64,000 bases of DNA from NCBI RefSeq assembly GCF_006345805.1, contig NC_042997.1, positions 11,656,001 to 11,720,000 on the forward strand, read 5' to 3'. Position numbers and translations under genes: made by a program. This stretch comes from Octopus sinensis (lineage: Eukaryota). The notes below the pieces were generated by a model, which saw only the letters and a program-made list of their open reading frames with translations, did no database searches and was not told the origin of the DNA. Every line of letters starts with the position of its first letter. The first letter of the stretch is position 1. Positions 27,150-40,659 of this stretch are shown here, one piece after another.

Positions 27150-29480
27150 GGGTAAAATAATCATAGAACCAACCTAATAAATTACCAGGAGAAATATATA
27201 CCTTGGTACCAGTAGACTTTACGTAACATATGTGAAGTAAGCGAATGTCCTTCTACCATAATGTAAACAATTGATCTTAAGTTCGGGCGCCTTATTAAGT
27301 AGTTAACCTTGATATTCTAATATTTCATATAGTTCAGCACAACACAATCGGCAGCCACACTTGTTATTTAAATATGGTGAAGCTTTTATAACTATACCTC
27401 AGGCGATTTCAAACTGTGTATTACCGTCTCTCAATTGCTACACCTTTTCAGCTAGGCATATGATGCAAGCTTTATTATGATATCGAAAAGATGAAAGGTG
27501 ATTACGCGTTCGGGATTTGAAATCTCGAGATATTGTGCTCATATAGGCAAAGGTGTTTGCGTAAGTTGTTATACCACACTTGTAAACTATATTGTTAGCT
27601 AAACAGTTTCCATTCAGCGGACAGGCACTCCTATCTCGACAGTTACTCATTCTAGAAGTAACTTGGTGATTATTACCACTATTTTTATATAAGTTAGATA
27701 AAATATTAAGATTAGCAGGATGGCTAGAAGATTCACTAACATTACTGGACATGTGGAGATACATCAAATTCAATTACAACAAAATTATTACAGCTATTAG
27801 TTGGAGCGCCAATACTTGTAAAGTTTGCGTTGTCACAAGTTCTACGTGCGCTGGTAGGATTAGGGTTATTATTAGCGACAATAGGGAACAGCAAATTGAT
27901 GACAGATTTAACAAGCATTTAGCAGCTAACGAGGGCATTAAAGCGTGAATAAACTGAGTTTCTACTACATTTGTTTAGATACAGTTAAGCAGCCTGTCTT
28001 TATGATTGTTGACTATACTGACATAACTACCTTGTCTTCTACGAACTTTATATAATTTGTATTATCATTCATCACCATCATCATCATCATCTTCTTCTTT
28101 TTCTTTTTCTCGTTCTTCTTCTTCTTCTTCTTCTTCTCTTCTTCTTCTTCTTCTTCTTTTCTTCTTCTTCTTCTTCTTCTTCTTCTTATTATTATTATTA
28201 CTGTTTAGGACAGTATTAGCCGTATCAATAATTTGCCTATCGTTTATGTTTCTAATTATTACATTCCGATTGTAATTTCGGGCTAACTTAATATTCCGCC
28301 TATTAAAGCTTGATATAATAGCTACGAGAGTAGGAAAGGTAGAATAATAGATTCTAATTTCCCTTTTACAATATATCCAGTGGTACTTAATAGATGGAGG
28401 GAAGTTTTTTTCTAATTAACTGAACAACCTTTCAGATAGTTTAGTACTAGTTGCATAATTTCAAGGAGGGTTATTCCAAATTACGTCATCATTACGTCAT
28501 CATTATGCCGATTTCCAGTTTTATGGCGTCTAGACCTATCGTTTCTATAGCTAATAGTTTAACCATAACAATGATCAGTGAAGTTACTTGGACGACGGTA
28601 AGTTTCCAACCTATTTCTTCTATTACCTGTAGTTGCGTTTTGAGTAGACTTCACACTGTAGTTTGTGATTCCTTATTTGTTTCTTTTCTGCCATTAACGT
28701 TCTTATTATTGGCATAATTATCATTTATAAGTCCACCATTGAGGATATTAGGATTATACTTCATTATAGTTTTCCTACATTTATTTTTATCGTTATTCGT
28801 AATTTCGCGGAAATCTCTAATAGGATACACTTTATTATGAATAATAGTACCGTTAGCCATAGTGCAGCCGTTAGTTTTACCAATATGAGGGGAAAATTCT
28901 ATACTTTGTTTATAACTTGCCCTAGATAGTGCAGAGTTATAGTAGTGAGCATATGCATTGAATACTTGGACACTTACAGACAGTTGCAAAATTCTAGTTG
29001 AGATCCCGTTATTAAAGACATAATTACGCAAGATGGATGATTAAATAAATGATTTATAAATGTTTATGTAGGTGGTAGCCCATATAAACGGTTTATATAG
29101 GTGGTAACCTCCCAAGGTCTTCTATAAGTGTAATAAAGGCATAATTTAAGATCCATGGTAGCATCTAGGAAATCATCAGCCTTAGTATTATGTTCAAATA
29201 TTTTCCAAGGTTATAATTTTTAAAGAAATTTCCAAGATTTTTTTCGTAGTCTTTTCAATAACTACTTTAATATTGCATGGAATTATGAATGAAGCATCAT
29301 TCCTATATAGACCGTCCTTTAGTTTTGGAAAAATATCCCTTAGGCAATGTAGAAGATACATACCACTGGGTGGAATCATTCGATCCCATTGTTATATTAA
29401 ATCTATCAGGGGTATCACTTCTTGTCCACAATATACCTTCAATGTAAACATCACATTTGGAACCATTCCTACTTTGGATC
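27150..29480 (-). mobile_element. Degenerate Penelope-like element (RT through GIY-YIG), interrupted by a trinucleotide microsatellite at 28065-28200
   Basis: FNITMGSNDS, GMYLLHCL..IFPKL..GLYRNDA, YYNSALSRASYK, SFNRRNIKL, NCRDRSACPLNGNCLANNIVYKC, FKSRTRNHLSSFR, LLNKAPELKINCLH. Confidence 0.85.
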
Positions 29481-29751
29481 TGGATTGTGAAACTGCGCAC
29501 CGGCCTGCATGTGTATGAATAATTTCATGTATATATATATTTATATTGATGTGTATGTTGATTTGTTCATAAACATGTATAAGTAAGCGTTATGACATGT
29601 CCGTATATGTATTGGTATTTTCGTGAGTGTCCGTATACGATATATACACGGCTATGCTAATCTTGACACTAACGTGGTGTCCTTGTTTCTAAAATACCTT
29701 GATTCAAATGAATCCTACAAACAATTGATATATATATACATATGAGTCTAA

Positions 29752-29917
29752 GACATTTACCCCACCATGGGCAATACTCCCACCAAGGACGATTACCCCT
29801 GAGGACAACAGATAATTTAAATTTTCTTAATATATTAGAGAGGGGGTAATAAACCAAGCGGGTAATTATCCTGGGGGTAGTTGTCGTCGGGGGAATTGTG
29901 GGGTGGGGTAATTGTAC
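29752..29917. mobile_element. Small palindromic MITE-like element with (C)AATTACCCC subrepeats
   Basis: GACATTTACCCCACC... at left versus ...GGTGGGGTAATTGTAC at right. Confidence 0.5.
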
Positions 29918-29961
29918 TGATACGATACATACATGTATAATATATTATATATTCTATTGTA

Positions 29962-29994
<33 letters not shown>

Positions 29995-29996
<2 letters not shown>

Positions 29997-30234
29997 ATAA
30001 TAATATTAGGGAATAAATCCAAACTTACAGGGAAAAATTAGATTTAGGATTAAATCCAATTTTATAGTATAAATATATTATATTATATTAAATTAGAGAT
30101 AAAACCACTATTAGGCAAATCAAACAGTGAAAAACATAAGCCAATACATAAAATTAATTAAAAAATATAAAAGTTAAAAATTAGAAAATTATTTAAATAA
30201 TTTAAACTTATAAATTTTAAATATATATATATAT

Positions 30235-30265
<31 letters not shown>

Positions 30266-30532
30266 AAGGGTAAAGACCCCCTTCGGTCATGAGTGACCAT
30301 GGGTTTGCACCTAGAGAGTTACCCTCTGAGGCACAAGTCTGGGCAAGGTGGTTTATGGAAGACCAGCAGTCGCCCATGCATACCGGCCTCCCCTCTCCAC
30401 GCCACCAGTGTTATCCAAGGGAAAGACAAAGGTCGATACAGCTTGGCACCTGTGACGTCGCAACTCATTTCTACAGCTGAGTGAACTGGAGCAACGTGAA
30501 ATAAAGTGTCTTGCTCAAGAACACAACACGCA

Positions 30533-30567
<35 letters not shown>

Positions 30568-31690
30568 TTTATTAATTAATTAATTAATTAATTAATTAAT
30601 TTTTTTAATATAAATATCAAAAGTATTAAAAGTTTAATAAAAGATAAAGAGTAAAACAACACTACGATCGTTTCATGGCTGTACCAATTCGAATAAAAAT
30701 AATTTAAATTCAATTAATAATTCGAGTTATGGTTACAGTCAATCTTCAGGTTAATTGAAATATTTTAAAAATAATCAGAAATATTTAAACAATATTTTTA
30801 AGATATAAATAATATAATAATTTACTTATAATAAACTCTATTATCAAACTAGAAACTTAAAACTTAACAATTATGATTATATCAAAATCGATTAAAATGT
30901 TAAATATTAATTTTAATTTATAAGGTAAGAAACCCACCAATAATCTATATCGGTAATAGTCTATATCTAATTACATAAATATTTTTTAAAAAATGACTAT
31001 AATATATAAAAATTATCAATGAAAATATATAAATATATATAAATATTATAATTAAGATCTAAAATAATCTCTATAAATAAACATATATGCACATATAATA
31101 AAGACCTAATAAATTAATTTTTCATATTTAAAGATGAAATAGCTAATTTCAAAAATACAAACAAACAAACTTAAACGAACTTTCGGAAATCTTATTTAAA
31201 ATACTTATAGAAATAATCAATTCGTAGTTATATAGTATCGAATAAATACTATAAATACTATAAATATATTTATCAATGGGAATATACTAGCGAATATCAA
31301 TTTAAAAAGACAATAACTAAGTTATGTTATTAAATTAGACATGGCCTACACCAATCTTTGGTCGAAACATATCTAAGTTTATCTTAGTTTATCTAATTTT
31401 AATTATAAGAAATTTAAAACTACAATTAATACTATTAATACATGTATATACAAAAACCTAACTTTAGACAACTCGTATACTTGCTATCAAACAACAAGTC
31501 TATCGCTAAGTAATATCTAACGAATAAACTTAAATTTAATATCTAATAATATAGAAAATTACGATAATTAGATCATTACATAAACAACGATATTTACATA
31601 AGAAAAATATTATTACACCAAAGACTTATAAAATATTAAATTTTACAATTTAACGATCTTAAATATAAATAAATACTTATTTTAGCGAGG
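29995..31690 (-). mobile_element. Extremely AT-rich element, probably PLE-derived, split by a SINE C insertion; carries a hammerhead motif at 30656-30755
   Basis: Bounded by TA tracts; minus strand CTGAAGA-long stem II-GAAACGATCGTA; no recognisable ORF. Confidence 0.45.
30274..30532 (-). mobile_element. SINE family C, head missing
   Basis: Near-identical to 6069-6330. Confidence 0.92.
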
Positions 31691-31695
31691 TTTTG

Positions 31696-31735
<40 letters not shown>

Positions 31736-31949
31736 GTACACACATACATACGCACACACGCACACACACGTACGCACACATGCACACACATACACATAAT
31801 GTTTAAAAGGAATTTTGTATATACAGTACCCAGAGTTTCCTGCTCGAAATAATGATTTATTCAGCCATTTATCAAGTTGAAAACAAACCGCTTGTCAGTA
31901 GTCTTTTGAGCAGAAAGACTTAAACAAGAGACGCTTGTAAAGAGAAAGA

Positions 31950-32470
31950 CAAGAAAAAAATAATAAGGGAGATAACCAACGTTACAATAATTCGATGTCA
32001 GACAGACGTAAACCAGATGTTAATGGGTTACAGAGTATCCGGTGGTCTACTTTTTTATTCCGACAAGATGTATCTCTTGAAATGCGGAGATAGAGGAAAA
32101 AAAATTCTCTTCTTCGAATTTATATATTCGTTGGAGATTTTCAAGTTATTTCAATAGATACAATTTTTCAAGAGAACACACTAAAAAAATTTTTAGACCC
32201 GTTTATATAAGGTGTGGATTTAGAGAGTATTTTCCATTTTATATCGAAATTGGTCTCTTGACTTTAAGTTTCCATATTAAAGCCGAAAAGGCTGTTGTGT
32301 GTCTCTTATCACGGTACCTAAAATTCGAAAGATGGTTGTTATATCTGGATTTAATTTTTTTTCTCTCCGATATAACGTTTGATATTTGTACGACCATTGT
32401 CGTAATTTGCAGGAACCTATGTTTCATGAATAACGGAAGATGTGTCGCATTCCTGTTCTAGAAGATATTT
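31950..32470 (-). mobile_element. Penelope-like element GIY-YIG/3' remnant
   Basis: KIKSRYNNHLSNFRYRDKRHTTAFSALIWKLK. Confidence 0.75.
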
Positions 32471-32485
32471 AGATTTGTTCTTAAA

Positions 32486-32980
32486 TCTTTATATATAAAA
32501 GAGAAGTTGTGTGTCTGTCTCCTACGATTTAGATTCCTAACTACTCCCACATTTTGCGGTGCAGTTTAACCAAAACCGGGTATCTTATAGTCGTGATTCA
32601 TATCGAGCCCTTCTGGGTATTAGCGCGCGTCTACGATGAGTGTACGATTTTAAAAATAATTTACCATCATTTTTTTCCCATTTTAATGCATATTTTCGCT
32701 ATTATATAAGGGAAGTAACTCTCTAAAAATGTCTACGATGAGTCAACGATTTAAAAAAAATTACCATCATTTTTTTTCCATTTTAATGCATATTTTCGCT
32801 ATTATATAAGGGAAGTAACTCTCTAAAAATGTCTACGATGAGTCAACGATTTAAAAAAAATTACCATCATTTTTTTTCCATTCTTAATGCATTTTTTTGC
32901 TATTTTTTGGTTATAACTCTCTAAAACGCTTTATAGTTATTTCCCTTACAAACCCGAGCAACGCCGGGCGATACTGCTAG
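32486..32980 (+). mobile_element. Non-autonomous Helitron with three ~100-bp internal tandem repeats
   Basis: A|TC start, subterminal CCCG..CGGG hairpin, CTAG|T end; repeats GTCTACGATGAG...CTCTCTAAAA at about 32629, 32730 and 32830. Confidence 0.85.
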
Positions 32981-33039
32981 TATATATATATTGTTTTATT
33001 TTGGGATGATAATATTTTTCCAAACGAACACACACACTA

Positions 33040-34420
33040 TATAGTCGATTATTATTGTTCTTATTCTAACTCATGTTCGTTGTCCGGATATCTTTCGTCA
33101 CACATCTGTGTCCTTCTCGGCGACACTTTCCGTCTTTGTGTGTGTTCTTGCTCTGTGTATTCCATTATGTGCTTCTATGGTGTTTATCTTTATATACGCG
33201 TGCGCCTGTGTTTGTGTGTGTGTACATATGAGTGTGTGTGTGTGTGTACATGTGAGTGTGTGTGTGTGTCACTGTTCTTAGTAGCACTATGACCCCCCCT
33301 CAGCCCCGTCTCCTATCCCGTTGCTGCTGCTGCTGCTTTCGTACCCGACTCTTTGTACCGTACTTGTAACTCATTGTGTTTGTGTGTTCGCTCACGCTGC
33401 TGCCATTGTGGTAGTTGTAGTAGTTGTTGTTGTTGCCAATGTTGTTGGTTGTGTTGTTGATAGTCTTCCGGCCGTCAGTGAAGTTACCGTATGTGTTTGC
33501 GTGTGCATATGAGTTCGCTTCGTATGTTGTTTTTATCCGTGCCCTTTATAAAATGTTCCATTTTATGTCTCTTTTTTTTATATTTATCATAGGCATGTGC
33601 ATATATGTCTATTGTATGTGTATGATGCTGTTTATATCTTTTTGTGTGCTTTTTGTCTCCCTTTAGTCTTCAGTCATCATGTTGTGTGGTGTGATTGTGG
33701 GTGTTATTGTTCTATTCGTGTTTTCAGTTGAGGCTCAGTCTATCTATTGCTATGTGTGTAGCCTCTGTGATCTGTTTAGTTGTTGTGCCAATTCTATGCG
33801 TTGATAATACTTTGACCTCTATGCTTTCGATTGAGCCTCTATGTTCTGCTTGAGCACGTTGGCAGAGCACTGACGAGTCTTTCTCTTCTTTGAGCTCTCG
33901 GCAGTGTCCACTTATACGCTCTCCTATGCTGCGTGTTGTCTCTCCATGGAAGCGAACCCATATACACACACAAACACACATATGGTACAACGACAGCAAC
34001 AACAACAGCTACTGCGATAGCAGCAGCGTGGGCGAACACGCCAACACAGTGAGCAACAAGAACGGTACAAAAAGTCGGGTTCAAGAGCAGAAGCAGCGGC
34101 AACGGGATTGCAGACGGGGCTGAGTGGAAGGTCATATTGATTCTAAGAACAATGAAACACACAAAGCCACACACAGACGCACACACACACACACACACAC
34201 ACACCACACACACATATGCACGCACGCACACACACATGTACACACACACAAACACAGACGCATGCGTTATAAAGATATACATCATAGAAGAATAGAATGG
34301 AATAAGAGCAAGAGCAAGAGCACACACGAAAACGGAAAGTGTTGCTGAAGAAGTCACAAATGTGTAACGAAAGATTTCCGGACAATGTACATGACTTAAA
34401 ATAAGAACAGTAATAAACGA
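33040..34420 (-). mobile_element. Penelope-like element 3' fragment (GIY-YIG C-half, 33724-33960) between inverted ~490-bp arms (33040-33535 and 33940-34420)
   Basis: GETTRSIGERISGHCRELK...VKVLSTH...KQITEATHI...LSLN; the arms are reverse complements. Confidence 0.82.
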
Positions 34421-34539
34421 GTGAAGAACGAGTATATAGTGCGTGTGTTTATTTGGCAAAAAAAAATGACCGTCCCAAAATACAACAATGTCCCGTTTCA
34501 CACACGACTTCACATCAGGAATCTTGCAACAATATATAT

Positions 34540-34830
34540 ATATATATATTGTTGTTGTTATGTAAGCCTAAGTTAACCCTTAATAATTTAACACTATGTT
34601 TGCCTAAAAGTATTGATCAAAGTATAGTGTATCATGTAGTTTATTCAGATATAGTGTATCTAGGACTGGATATACATCCTCTTTTTTTTTGTATTCGGAT
34701 TGGACGTGAGTTAAAAACAATTTGGCAACTAGAACAATCGAGCGATCAAACAGAGACTTCGATTATTGATTTGTTCATCAGTTTCAGTTTTTGTTGCTTT
34801 GCCGTTCTCCTCGATCCCGATCAAGCAGAC
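34540..34830 (-). mobile_element. Diverged interspersed repeat (family F), related pieces at ~57370-57620 and ~57900-58080
   Basis: Shared TAG(T)CCTAGATA(C)AC.ATGTCTGAA motif; the 34540 and ~57900 pieces end in (AAC)n-like tails; class uncertain. Confidence 0.4.
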
Positions 34831-35560
34831 TTATGAAGAATGGTATTACAAATCTAACCATTTCATTTAAAGTTATCCAGGATTACATTACTTTATGTAT
34901 TTTTCTGTTTCTTAAGGTGGCAAAGAATTGTTTGATCGAAATTTTGTTGATTTTTCTAGCAGATTAATCTTTTGGGGGGAAACCTCTGGTATCAATTCAT
35001 TCTTAATACAATCTGGCACGTTCGGGTGTAAATATCTGGTCACTCTTGTCTTTTGTCACCGGAGAGCAGTTCCTTATTTTAGACGACGTGCATTCAAACC
35101 ACACGCGATTCACCAGCATAAAGGGACTTCGAGACTCAATGATATTTTGACCACGTTCTTTGTCTCTTCAATCAAAGCTACCCCGTCGAATTGATGAATC
35201 TAACAAGAGCATGCATCCCATAAATTATTATTCTTTATTTGTTTGGGTATACTGAACTGATTGTAGACTTCCTCTGACAAGATGCCTTGGAGAATTTCTT
35301 CCAGCTCATAGAATTCTCAATTCAGGTTACGCCGAGTTCAGCTTCCCCTTACATCCTTTCAGGGTGGATAACATAAAGTACTAACCAAGTACTGAGGACG
35401 ATTGTAATCGACTAACATTTGCTGGCTGTGTGCCAAAGTAAGAAAACAGATTTACCCTGTGTCGTAGTAGCACACTATGTGAAGGTGCGAGTTTATAGAT
35501 TCGCACTTACGAATTCGTGGTTTCAATTGAACGTATATGGATGTGTATGTGCGTGCGTGC

Positions 35561-35595
<35 letters not shown>

Positions 35596-35599
<4 letters not shown>

Positions 35600-36159
35600 T
35601 AAAGTGCATATTATTTCATAATTCCAAAGCCCGGGTTCTGCATTGTGTTCTTGAGCAAAACAATTCATTTCACGTTAGTCTGTGATTACTCTGTGCACCT
35701 GTAAAGGCAATGCTGATATGTAGAAATAATCTTTGTGGGTTATTCAGCGAGATATTTCACAGCCCTCATCTATCAGTTTCGACACGAGAGTCCGCCAATA
35801 GCAATCTAAAACGATATAGCACTTATGAATAATCACTCCTACGAAAGAAAATAAAGCAAATTTAAATATACAACAAAGCGATCCAAATGAATAGAAAAGG
35901 AAAGCCTAATAAAAAAAAAACAATGTCCATTCAAGAAAAATCATGGAAGACTTACAGATGCTATTGCGGCTAGCGTGATAGAGGCGAATAAGTCTACACC
36001 GTCTCCAGAAACACGAAGGTAGCGAGTGCTAGCATGAAAATTCCTGTATGTAAACACCAAATCACATGCTTGTACATGTGTGCATCTTGATCTCTCGTTC
36101 TTCACTTTTCAGCGCTTGTCCGGGGCATTGGAATTATGAAATAATATGCACTTTACAAA
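35596..36159. repeat. Perfect 32-bp inverted repeat (35596-35627 and 36128-36159) extended outward by (GT)n/(AC)n
   Basis: TTTGTAAAGTGCATATTATTTCATAATTCCAA and its reverse complement. Confidence 0.92.
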
Positions 36160-36167
36160 CACACACA

Positions 36168-36221
<54 letters not shown>

Positions 36222-36275
36222 GACACGCACATACACATCCATATACGAACATATATATACATATATATATACATA

Positions 36276-36314
<39 letters not shown>

Positions 36315-36490
36315 TATATAGAAGATAAAAAAATATATATATACATATATACACTCATGTATATTTATATGAATACGCATATATATGTATATATGTATGT
36401 ATGTATACTATATATATATTATATATATATATAATATATATATAACACATATATATATATATATATACACGTGGGTTCATACTTCATACT

Positions 36491-36552
<62 letters not shown>

Positions 36553-37248
36553 AACCCACATATTCCTTAGCTTGCAGGAGAATGGACGAAATAAGCCGAA
36601 TCTAGTTACGTATATTTTGTTCATCGTGTATTTCTCCGTAAGGAAAGCACATTTTCTTCTATTTTATGCCATTTATTCGCAAATTCTCTCTGTTCTGCAA
36701 TATGCCTAAAAAAAAAGAATCTATATATATATATATAAAATAATAAATATAAAAGACTCTCTCCGCAAAAAAAAAAAAGAACTAAAATACATCCAGATCT
36801 GCGCTCACGAATATGCTATGATGTTTTTATTTCAATATCTTCGTGCATAAATTAGGAGGGTAGGATAACGCATTCTTACTCTTAGCAACCCCTCAGCCAT
36901 TCTTTAAAAAGCAATCCACGTGATTTTACTGATTCGAAACAACTATATACGAAAAACCTTTATGAGTAGAACATTCCCCTCTCAGGGTTCTTTCAATAAG
37001 TTCTTTCTCTCTATGATATATAATTTTTTTTTGTTTTAGCATGTGTTTTTTAACCTTACACTAGGAGTCACGAAATAAAAATAAATGAAGTAATGAAACG
37101 AATAAAGAATATGTATATACATACATATATATATATATACATACATATATATATATATGTGTGTGTGTGTGTGTATATATATATATGTATATATGTATAT
37201 ATATATGCATATATATGTATATATATCTATATCTATACTTATATATAT

Positions 37249-37329
<81 letters not shown>

Positions 37330-37925
37330 TAGATATAGATATATAGATATATATACATATATACAGACACATGATATGTATATATATATATATAATATGG
37401 ACATATATGTACATATATGTATAATATGAATATACATATATATATATTAACTAGCAATTCATATGTATATATATATCTGTATATATAATATGAATATATA
37501 TATATGTGTGTTTGTGTGTGTATATGTGTGTGTGTGTGTGGCGTGTGTGTTTGTGTATAGATATATGAATATAAGAGTAATAAGAATAACGTATGAATTC
37601 ATAAAGAAATAAGCATAGAGAAAATGGTGAGAAAAAAGAATATGTCCAAAACGCTATAAAGAAAACCCGTCTCTATGTAATGTATGTTATTGGAAATGGT
37701 AAAGAGGGTAAAAAATAGTGGCGAAGGATTAAGAAACGCGTATGCCAACAATAGACTGTTACGTATTGTTATATAACGCATATTTGACTCTTATGTTACA
37801 CACACACACACACACATACACCTATAGGCACAAACACACATAGATATATATGATGAACTGTATTTATGTGAGTAATGTACACATATTATATATATAGATA
37901 TGCATATCTATATATGCATATATTA

Positions 37926-38004
<79 letters not shown>

Positions 38005-38021
38005 ATATGTATATATATATA

Positions 38022-38075
<54 letters not shown>

Positions 38076-38320
38076 AATATGTATGTTATGCACCCACACA
38101 CGCGTGCACACATATAAACATATACATGTATAAGTTTATATATTGATGCATATAATTATATAACTACATGTATCTACAAACAAATATATATATGTATATA
38201 CATATATGTGTGTGTGTAAGTATATATATATAAATAGTTATATAGACATATATATTTTATATGCATAATAAATGTACATTATACACACATATATATATTA
38301 TACAGATATGTAAGTAATAC
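36160..38320. repeat. Microsatellite-dense block: (CA)n, (TA)n, (TATG)n
   Basis: Direct reading. Confidence 0.9.
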
Positions 38321-39353
38321 ATGTTTATATGTGTGTATGTGTGTACGTACGCAAATATATGTACATTTTTTATTTATGTGTACATTTTATATTTATATAC
38401 ATACATGCGAGTTTATTCTTTCTCTGTCACTGTCTCTCGCTCCCCCGTCTCTCTCTTTCTCTCTCTCTCTATATATATGTATGTTTTTGTGTGTGTGCGT
38501 GTTTGTGTGTGTGACAGTATATTACATTTGCGTACACTGTGTGCAATATTTGCGACGGCTGATTACATATAGCAATTCTTTGATGAATTCTATCATAATA
38601 TATCTCAAAAGATGCCAACACAAAGTACTTACACATACTCACAACACTCTTATAAACACTAATATATATGCAGATGATGCACACGTAAATACTTATCTAT
38701 GGTTGTATGTAAGTGTCAAGGCATTTATTGGAAGCTGTATTCATGTGCCTAAAAAATCCAGTCGGAGAGAAATTCCATCACAGTAAGAAACATGCACCTT
38801 GGAGTGGTTTCTTCACACAGTCGGATAAAACGATTAAAAAATAGGTTATGCCCACATAGATACGTACAGCTGTGCCAAAGCATAAGCTTACGCACATACA
38901 CACATACACACGCACACGCTCATACACGCACACTGACACAGAAACAGATGCACAAATGCATATATCCACAAATCGATGATTTTTCCGAGAAGAGCATTCA
39001 CACACACACACATCTATATAATTATGCATTGATGTTTACATACATACTATGTATGGATATATTTGTATAAATATATATGTATATACATGCTTGTATGTAT
39101 GTATGTGTATGTATACTTATATATATTTATATATATGTGTGTGTATGGATATGTATATATGTTTTCTGTTTATGAACGTGCGTGGGCAGAGCCATACTAT
39201 TTTTCAATATATATATATATATATATATGTATGTCTGTATATGTAAATAGACATAAGTATATAAAAATGTTATTCATGAACATGCACACATGTGCTTAAA
39301 GAAACAAAATATGCATATGCTGGGTATATATATATATATATTTATATATACAT

Positions 39354-39415
<62 letters not shown>

Positions 39416-40039
39416 GCATATGTGTGTGTATGTATGTTTATTTAAACATATATGCACACGTATACACATATATGTATACATAAAAGTTTTGTGTTACTAG
39501 AGAACATACTTGTCAAACAACGAAAGGTTAAAATCACGATTTCGACCTCCTCAGCTTTCATAGAGCTTTCATGCAGCAACGTGGTTAGGGAACTAGAACT
39601 GCCTCTATTCCTTTATTACATTATCTAATTTTTCTGGAACACAAAATGCCAAATACAATATTCCAGACGATTTTATTCTGGGTAATACATGATATAGGAA
39701 AGTTCCAACAGCATATGTTGAAACGTGGTTGCTTTAAAATGCTTTAAAAATATTGGACTTGTATGTTATATGTAGAAATAAATTTTTGTAGAGCAAGACA
39801 ATAACTTCGTGTACAGGGTGAACTAATTTTTACATTCTATGGTGTATCATCAAAGATCTCAGTATACATATGTTATGATCTACATACATGTATGAGTGTA
39901 AGTTATGTCTGTACACATATGGATATATGTACTTTAATTCCTTTCAGCCATTTCGCTGAGGTCATACTGGAGCACCACCGTGATTTTGCACTTTTACGTA
40001 TAATTCTTTGGCTGATTTCTTTAGAGTGGCGGGTGTTTC

Positions 40040-40385
40040 ATATCACCACACCTGTATGTGCTTTTGCCTTGATTGCTGACCCATTTGGTATATGAGGTAA
40101 TTTGATACCGCTACCCTTATCTGTACCTCATGCCGGGCTGTTGGTTCATCCAGTATTGTGGAAACGAGAAGGTCCAGTTTCTTTTTGAAGACATCCACGT
40201 GTACATTGTATAGGTTTCTTAATTTTTGAAGCAGGGCATTGAAGAGATGTGGGCCTTTGAACCCTAAGCTATTACGGTACCTGGTCCTGAATCTACGGTA
40301 CAACACAGCAGCGTCTATTTTAGACATTTGTATATACCACTCAATGCCGAAATTAGCTACTAGCACTTCCAGAATTTTGCATATG
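40040..40385 (-). mobile_element. CR1-like LINE ORF2 C-terminal fragment
   Basis: YRNSLGFKGPHLFNALLQKLRNL...FKKKLDLLVSTILDEP...R...SNYLIYQ. Confidence 0.75.
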
Positions 40386-40659
40386 TAGATTATTAGATAT
40401 CTGTCATCTTTTCTCCAGGAAGTAAAGTCGTACCTTTTAGCGTCTCCTTATATCTCATCTGCTGCACAGTTACAATCTCTTTAGTATATATATATATATA
40501 TATATAATATATATAATATATATATATATATAATATATACATATGTGTGTGTGTATGTATATATGTATATAAACACACATATGTATATATGCATACATGC
40601 ATATATATATACATATATATACATGCGTGTCTGTGTGTGTACCTACTAAATAAAGACAT

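Noticed and set aside
30560-31690. Targeted hypermutation (deaminase- or RIP-like) explanation for the extreme AT content
   Set aside because: There is no unmutated homologue in the window to polarise changes, and both C and G are low; cannot be supported
35388-35415. CTGAGGA-CGATT/AATCG hammerhead-like start
   Set aside because: No GAAA follows; it is the hairpin of a diverged SINE D fragment
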